From a virus (taxonomy: Duplodnaviria > Caudoviricetes), in the IMG/VR virus record IMGVR_UViG_3300024999_000316, positions 1 through 28,390 of that record: a stretch of 28,390 nt of DNA. One strand, written 5' to 3'. Of the stretch, positions 23,880 to 28,390 are shown in pieces. The notes below the pieces were generated by a model that made no database searches, was not told the origin of the DNA, and saw only the letters and a list, made by a program, of their open reading frames with translations. Position numbers and translations under genes: made by a program. Position 1 is the stretch's first letter, and each line of letters opens with the position of its first letter.

Positions 23880-24062
23880 CTACTTAATAAGTTTGGATGT
23901 AAAGACTCTCAACTGACCCTCAGTTAACTGCACCGGCTTCAGAACATCCTTAAAACTTGAAATAAACTTCGATTGGATGCGTTGAGCCTCTTGGAATTTT
24001 AGCCTTCTGGCTTGATCTTTACGCAATAGGCTTGCTCCTTTCGTATGGTGAATCGGAATCAC
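23880..24062 (-). CDS. Hypothetical protein
   Basis: Operonic ORF. Confidence 0.5.
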   Translation of the reverse strand: MIPIHHTKGASLLRKDQARRLKFQEAQRIQSKFISSFKDVLKPVQLTEGQLRVFTSKLIK

Positions 24063-24071
24063 TCATTTACT

Positions 24072-24737
24072 TCAATCCCACCCGTATTTTTTGCCTTCAG
24101 CAATCATACTTAGCTCTCTGTGTATCCTTTCGGGAATATCGCTCTTTTCCCACATTGCCACGAACTCATCCACAGTATCCAGGTAATTAGAAAAGTCATA
24201 TTCTATCGTGGGCTGGGAACCATATGTGTAACCCTTAATTTGTCGGTGATGACCACGTATCTGAATACCTCGTGCGCCAACATTACAGAAGTCAATGCCT
24301 GTAAAATTGGGGAAGCCTTCTAATCTTTCGGTTATTGCATTTTCAATGTGTTTCAGTTCCCCTAGATGATCGACGAGCATCTCTTCCCTCATATACGGCT
24401 TATACTTAAATGTCCCTAGATACAGGTTCTTTAAATAATCTAGTCTTGTCTGAGCCCCCGATTCGCTACTGAATAAATCTTTTTCGCATACACTTTGTGA
24501 CCATTTGTCTAATTCTCCATTTATAAAAAACTTAATCATTTTATAGTGATTACTTAGAACGCAAGCCTTGAGAACAAACTTATTAGTATCCACATACCAA
24601 AAGGTTTTACCTTCGCTTTCCGCTACTCTTTTCTGCCAATCCTCAATCTTGACTTTCCTTTCACAATTCTGTTCATGTTGGTTCCTTAACTTTCTTCCAT
24701 TTGGGATTTGGATTCCGCAATATTTACACTTAGGCAT
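24072..24737 (-). CDS. Hypothetical protein with N-terminal C2HC Zn finger
   Basis: CKYCG...HEQNC; the C-terminal part looks like a separate domain. Confidence 0.7.
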   Translation of the reverse strand: MPKCKYCGIQIPNGRKLRNQHEQNCERKVKIEDWQKRVAESEGKTFWYVDTNKFVLKACVLSNHYKMIKFFINGELDKWSQSVCEKDLFSSESGAQTRLDYLKNLYLGTFKYKPYMREEMLVDHLGELKHIENAITERLEGFPNFTGIDFCNVGARGIQIRGHHRQIKGYTYGSQPTIEYDFSNYLDTVDEFVAMWEKSDIPERIHRELSMIAEGKKYGWD

Positions 24738-25295
24738 TCAATTAATATCCTCCCTTAATAAGCACTCTTCTTTATCTTGGTTATTTAGTCTTCCGCACTC
24801 ATTAACCCTGTGAAATTGGTTCGCAAAACCGAGAACCGAATCCCGCATCTTCAAATATTCCTTATCGTCACACTGCATAGAACAGAGATGGTAAGCTAAT
24901 TGACAAGCCAGACGTTTATCGATTTTCCAACGAAGTCCTCCGCATCTTAGTGGCAAACAAGAGAAATCAAGGTCTGCACCGCTAAGGTCTGCACCGCTAA
25001 GGTCTGCATCGCTAAGGTCTGCATCGCTAAGGTCGTAATCCAATATTGCTTTCTTGTATCCGTTTTTAAGTAGTTCCAAGACTTCTGGCCTGTCAAACTT
25101 CTTTTGGTGGCCTATTAATTCGAATCCGACAGCACTAACCTCATACATACCAGTTCCGCCATCTACATGATCCATAACTTTAACTTTAATACGATCACCG
25201 GATAATATCTCAACCACAACACCCCTCGTCATATCCTCGTTCGTGATGCCATATCCGTTGTTTGGCTTTCCTTTAACAAAATCTCCAATTTACAT
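24738..25295 (-). pseudogene. Pentapeptide-repeat protein with a nonsense codon at position 2 (may restart at ATG 25232)
   Basis: RBS-ATG(25295)-TAA-ATT-GGA-GAT... is in frame with ORF 24738..25232; (S/G)ADL pentapeptides, LDFSCLPL.CG. Confidence 0.7.
24969..25034. repeat. 15-bp tandem repeat (4.4 copies) encoding the pentapeptides
   Basis: AAGGTCTGCA(C/T)CGCT x4 plus AAGGTC. Confidence 0.95.
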
Positions 25296-25297
25296 AT

Positions 25298-25480
25298 TTA
25301 ACTTCCCTCTTTCTCTTCAAAATGTTCACACTTTTTGCATGTGTACTTATCCACCATATCCCCACCCGAAAACTTGTGCTTATTTGGGCACGATTCCCTT
25401 ACGAGTACCATTACCATTAAAGGTTCGATAGAGTGTATACACGTTCGGCACTTCTTGTACTTTCCGCGATATTTATCCAT
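25298..25480 (-). CDS. Small Cys-rich hypothetical protein
   Basis: GGAGG RBS before ATG 25480; CxxC motifs. Confidence 0.6.
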   Translation of the reverse strand: MDKYRGKYKKCRTCIHSIEPLMVMVLVRESCPNKHKFSGGDMVDKYTCKKCEHFEEKEGS

Positions 25481-25482
25481 AA

Positions 25483-25752
25483 TTACTCCTCCCACCTAGT
25501 TAAAATCCTAAAACTAATCTCTGCCACTCTGATAACATATGCCATGCTCGTCCTGCGCTTGAATCCAATGTTGTTTACTCTGATGTCAGTCGTGGTTAGG
25601 TCCATGAGGTGAGCGAATTGGGATGGGGTTAGCGGGCCTGTTGTTTGTTCGAGGATGGATTTTAGCATGTTAGTGTCTCGCTTTCTTTTAATAAGCTTGT
25701 CATCCTGACTCAAATACTTACCCTGAACCGTCTTACTGATTAAAGGATCCAA
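25483..25752 (-). CDS. Hypothetical protein (start uncertain)
   Basis: Operonic ORF. Confidence 0.55.
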   Translation of the reverse strand: MDPLISKTVQGKYLSQDDKLIKRKRDTNMLKSILEQTTGPLTPSQFAHLMDLTTTDIRVNNIGFKRRTSMAYVIRVAEISFRILTRWEE

Positions 25753-25864
25753 ATCCTACACCTGTTTCCGGCTTGTTGGCAGAAACCGACACCACCGTAA
25801 TATCTATACCTTCACGTTCCCCGATAATTTTAGCTAAGGTTTCAAAGAGTATATTTATATTCAT
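25733..25864 (-). CDS. Small hypothetical protein (43 aa; not in ORF track)
   Basis: AAGGAGG RBS; MNINILFETLAKIIGEREGIDITVVSVSANKPETGVGFGSFNQ. Confidence 0.65.
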   Translation of the reverse strand: MNINILFETLAKIIGEREGIDITVVSVSANKPETGVGFGSFNQ

Positions 25865-25964
25865 GCGTCCTCCTTTCTCCCTATATCAGCTTTTTCGCAA
25901 AGTTTTACAGGCTTTTCCCCTCTCGCGTCGAAGTTGACAAGATATAGAGAGGTGGTGAACCTAA

Positions 25965-26156
25965 ATGAAATGTGTAAAATGTGAAACTATGTTAGACGAT
26001 GGAGCCAACTTCTGTACCTCATGTGAGGCTGCCCAAAAGTTAGTCTGTAATCATTGTCGCTCTGAGGTGTCTATTGACACCAAGCTTTGCCCTAATTGTG
26101 GGAAAGACGATCTTAGGGAACCGGATACATTGGGAAGTATAGCTGCTCATAGCTAA
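25965..26156 (+). CDS. Double zinc-ribbon protein (opposite-strand moron)
   Basis: GAGGTGG RBS; four CxxC pairs (ANFCTSC, KLCPNCG). Confidence 0.75.
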   Translation: MKCVKCETMLDDGANFCTSCEAAQKLVCNHCRSEVSIDTKLCPNCGKDDLREPDTLGSIAAHS

Positions 26157-26160
26157 CTAA

Positions 26161-26382
26161 TCACCAATTCTTATTTCCACAGTCTGAACAGTAATTTTTC
26201 CTACTGTGCTTCCACCTGCCACATTCGCACTTTTGTTGAGGTGGATTAATGAAACTTTGACCGCAATGGCTACAGCATCTTGCACCCTCTACGTGATCTT
26301 TTTTTCCGCAAATCATGCACATTGACTGAGCAGAAGCTTGCACCTTTTGTTCAGTCTCTTTTGGGTTGATAGTGTTTGTCAT
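26161..26382 (-). CDS. Double zinc-ribbon protein
   Basis: AAGGAGG RBS before ATG 26382; CMICG, CSHCG, CECG, YCSDCG. Confidence 0.7.
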   Translation of the reverse strand: MTNTINPKETEQKVQASAQSMCMICGKKDHVEGARCCSHCGQSFINPPQQKCECGRWKHSRKNYCSDCGNKNW

Positions 26383-26423
26383 TTGTTTTTCCTCCTTATT
26401 AATTAAGTTGAGATGAGATTTGG

Positions 26424-26690
26424 TTAGGGTGTAATAAAGCCACATTCAATGGCTATTCCTACTAGCTCTTTGGTCAATGCATTTATGTCCTCGATATCTG
26501 GGTATTCTTTTGGCAATTCGGTTATGGTTATGACGGTAAGTTCTTCGGGTGTCATATCATCTTCAATAAGAGAACTGAATGAGTCGTAGAGTTCACACTC
26601 GTCTCCTTGGTAGTTTTTAATGGATGGTTTCCATATCTCCTTGGGGCACATACAGCATTGGCAGTGAACTTCTCCACTTAACTCAACCAT
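26424..26690 (-). CDS. Acidic hypothetical protein
   Basis: TAATG overlap with the BRO gene. Confidence 0.6.
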   Translation of the reverse strand: MVELSGEVHCQCCMCPKEIWKPSIKNYQGDECELYDSFSSLIEDDMTPEELTVITITELPKEYPDIEDINALTKELVGIAIECGFITP

Positions 26691-27334
26691 TAGTGATACC
26701 TCTCGTAAACAGTTTTACTAACCGACAGATCCAGCCCGAATTTATCCTTGACAGCCATTAGGTTTACGGTTTCGTCAAGAACTTCCTGGCGAGGTATGAG
26801 CATTTCGGGAGTCATTTCGTCCTTCTTAACCATCTTCGGATAGCCAAACATGTTAGATACGGCTTTGTTGGCAATCTGATTTGCTTTGATGTAGTCAACT
26901 CTTACTGGGTTACTCAATCCTCGTTTCAGAACATCCATGGTTTTTATTTGGTGCTCCTTGTCAAGAGTGCGGAATATTTGAAATCCTTCGAGGCCAGCCG
27001 CATTACGGAGTGTTTCGATAATATCAAATACCCAATCCTGGAATTGGATAGCTTCTTTCTTGCGACTTTTGAAAACGAGTCGATAAATATTTTTGGTATC
27101 GATTAGATTTAGTTCTACTATTTGAATAGCAGGTGTACCATCTTTTTTCTTTCCTGTCTCCACCCCTACCTTACTAGTAGTAACCCCGGGGGAGGATAAA
27201 CCTTTTAGGGCTTTCGTTACCTGTTTCAAATCCAAAGCCTTACAAACATCAACCGCAACAGCCCACCAATTTCTCGGCTTGATTTCCACAAATCTAATTT
27301 CATGATCAAGCCATATTTCAGTACGAATTTTCAT
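26690..27334 (-). CDS. BRO-N domain antirepressor-like protein
   Basis: IRFV...W.VA.DVC.AL, IYRLVFKSRK.EA..FQDWV...I..LR. Confidence 0.9.
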   Translation of the reverse strand: MKIRTEIWLDHEIRFVEIKPRNWWAVAVDVCKALDLKQVTKALKGLSSPGVTTSKVGVETGKKKDGTPAIQIVELNLIDTKNIYRLVFKSRKKEAIQFQDWVFDIIETLRNAAGLEGFQIFRTLDKEHQIKTMDVLKRGLSNPVRVDYIKANQIANKAVSNMFGYPKMVKKDEMTPEMLIPRQEVLDETVNLMAVKDKFGLDLSVSKTVYERYH

Positions 27335-27352
27335 TTGCCCTCTCCTTATCCA

Positions 27353-27445
27353 CTATCTAATCTCTACTAATTCCGGCTTAATGAATTCGTCTGCTGGTAC
27401 TTTCAGCGCAATACAAATTCTCTCAACATCATCCCCTGAGACATT
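27353..27445 (-). pseudogene. C-terminal remnant of an XRE/Cro-type HTH gene
   Basis: NVSGDDVERICIALKVPADEFIKPELVEIR* with no start codon, directly behind the HNH gene. Confidence 0.5.
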
Positions 27446-27447
27446 CT

Positions 27448-28233
27448 TTATCCCGGAAATTCAGCTAGTAATCCCTTAAGTGATCTTATTTCCCTTTTTA
27501 ATTCCTCAACCATGTCGAGTGCCGCCTTAACCTTGCCCTCTTTCTTTGATATCTTTGCTAACAGTCTTTTACGCTCTTTCCCAATTAAGTGATTTTTTTT
27601 AATCGGAGAGATACTTCTTACTAGCAAGCCCCCTATGATTTGATCCACACCTTGCCTGGTCATTTTGAATTTATCGCCTATTTCTTGAAGCGTCTTACCT
27701 TCTAGTCTAAGTGATAAGATTTCAGCTTGTCTTTGGTTCAGTGACTCTGGATTTATAATCGATAGCCTTTCTCTTAACTCTGACAAAGCACCGTCTGTAT
27801 GTGCTTGACTCAACATCTCTCGATTACATATTGAACACACTCCATCCTTTGAGTGAGTTGGCTGACCACATACTTGGCATGGTTCGGTATATTTGATTCG
27901 GTCTATTAATCCGGTTTTGTATGCATGGATAATATTTTGACTTGGGGTACACCATTCCAAATTACTTGGAATATTGTTTAGCGTGTTCCCGTCTAAATGG
28001 TTAACCTGTTGATAGTTGTTTGGGTTTTCGCAAAATGCTTCGGCAACTAATCTATGGACATAATAATGTTTCTGCTTGGAATTTTCGGTAAAACTTACAA
28101 TCCCATATTTTTTAAGCCTAGTGGTCATAACAATGTTCGCCAATGTTTCCTTGCCGTCTTTAATTTTGTATATAACTCCGCTTTCTAATACCCTGAATTT
28201 TCCACCCTGAACTAGCTTTGATGTAATTACCAA
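27448..28233 (-). CDS. HNH endonuclease fused to a Zn ribbon and a sigma70 region-4-like HTH
   Basis: VHRLVAEAF..NP....VNHLDGN..NN...NLEWCT..QN..HA; CQVC..CSIC; LNQRQAEIL.LR..GKTLQEIG..F.MTRQGV.QI. Confidence 0.85.
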   Translation of the reverse strand: MVITSKLVQGGKFRVLESGVIYKIKDGKETLANIVMTTRLKKYGIVSFTENSKQKHYYVHRLVAEAFCENPNNYQQVNHLDGNTLNNIPSNLEWCTPSQNIIHAYKTGLIDRIKYTEPCQVCGQPTHSKDGVCSICNREMLSQAHTDGALSELRERLSIINPESLNQRQAEILSLRLEGKTLQEIGDKFKMTRQGVDQIIGGLLVRSISPIKKNHLIGKERKRLLAKISKKEGKVKAALDMVEELKREIRSLKGLLAEFPG

Positions 28234-28247
28234 GACATATGCCCCCT

Positions 28248-28390
28248 CTAGCTGACCTTCGTCAAACTTTCGTCAGGAGAAAGTTTTTTGTTAAAAAAAA
28301 TTAACAGGAATTCAGATGTCGTCATGTCTAAGATATCGGCAATCTTTTGAGCATGAGAAAGCTTAAACTCTGACCCCGTGTCTTCAATTT
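28248..28390 (-). CDS. Cro-like HTH regulator, 3' part (start outside window)
   Basis: ...IEDTGSEFKLSHAQKIADILDMTTSEFLLIFF... ending at TAG 28250-28248. Confidence 0.7.
   Translation of the reverse strand, partial: IEDTGSEFKLSHAQKIADILDMTTSEFLLIFFNKKLSPDESLTKVS

Larger units (their letters stand above)
1..28390 (-). mobile_element. Tailed phage/prophage segment: early-middle replication/recombination operon through the start of the packaging module
   Basis: Co-oriented phage hallmark genes (terS, terL start, RecT, replisome organiser, SSB, YopX, BRO, RinA-like); no host housekeeping genes; no integrase or att site in the window. Confidence 0.96.

Noticed and set aside
24969-25034. Repeat array as CRISPR or iterons
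   Set aside because: Contiguous 15-bp units with no spacers, fully explained by pentapeptide coding
1-28390. tRNA, rRNA, CRISPR array, integrase, reverse transcriptase/DGR
   Set aside because: None recognised by eye; a covariance-model scan was not possible

Overview
The whole window is part of a temperate-type tailed phage or prophage of a low-GC Firmicute, probably Clostridia (inferred from GGAGG RBSs, sigmaA promoters and a Firmicute-type RpoA C-terminal fragment). Most of it (7.4-28.4 kb, minus strand) is an early/middle operon. In transcription order it holds a Cro-like HTH, HNH, BRO antirepressor, PAPS-reductase-like gene, Rad50-like ATPase-RecT-MBL nuclease module, replication initiator and loader, SSB, YopX, RuvC-like resolvase, dUTPase, DUF5664, a stand-alone RNAP alpha-CTD and a RinA/ArpU-like activator. 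The packaging module starts at the left end: terS, a long non-coding gap, a RepL-like gene and the start of terL. The most striking element is a 4.6-kb opposite-strand island (2.5-7.1 kb) between the late activator and terS. It consists of three similarly built cassettes. Each has a near-consensus sigmaA promoter with its own operator-like repeat, cargo genes (MTase-like, ArdC, a possible ADP-ribosyltransferase, small unknowns), a tiny ribbon-helix-helix regulator missed by the ORF track, and a related terminator. Structured RNA elements lie between genes. This resembles acr-aca or leading-region anti-defence operons next to the inferred packaging end. Other points: terL is broken by a stop inside Walker A (candidate group I intron), a dif-like site lies next to the putative terminus, a mirror-image divergent promoter pair precedes the replication genes, and several genes carry single-base lesions. 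All family calls come from motif recognition by eye; no searches were run.
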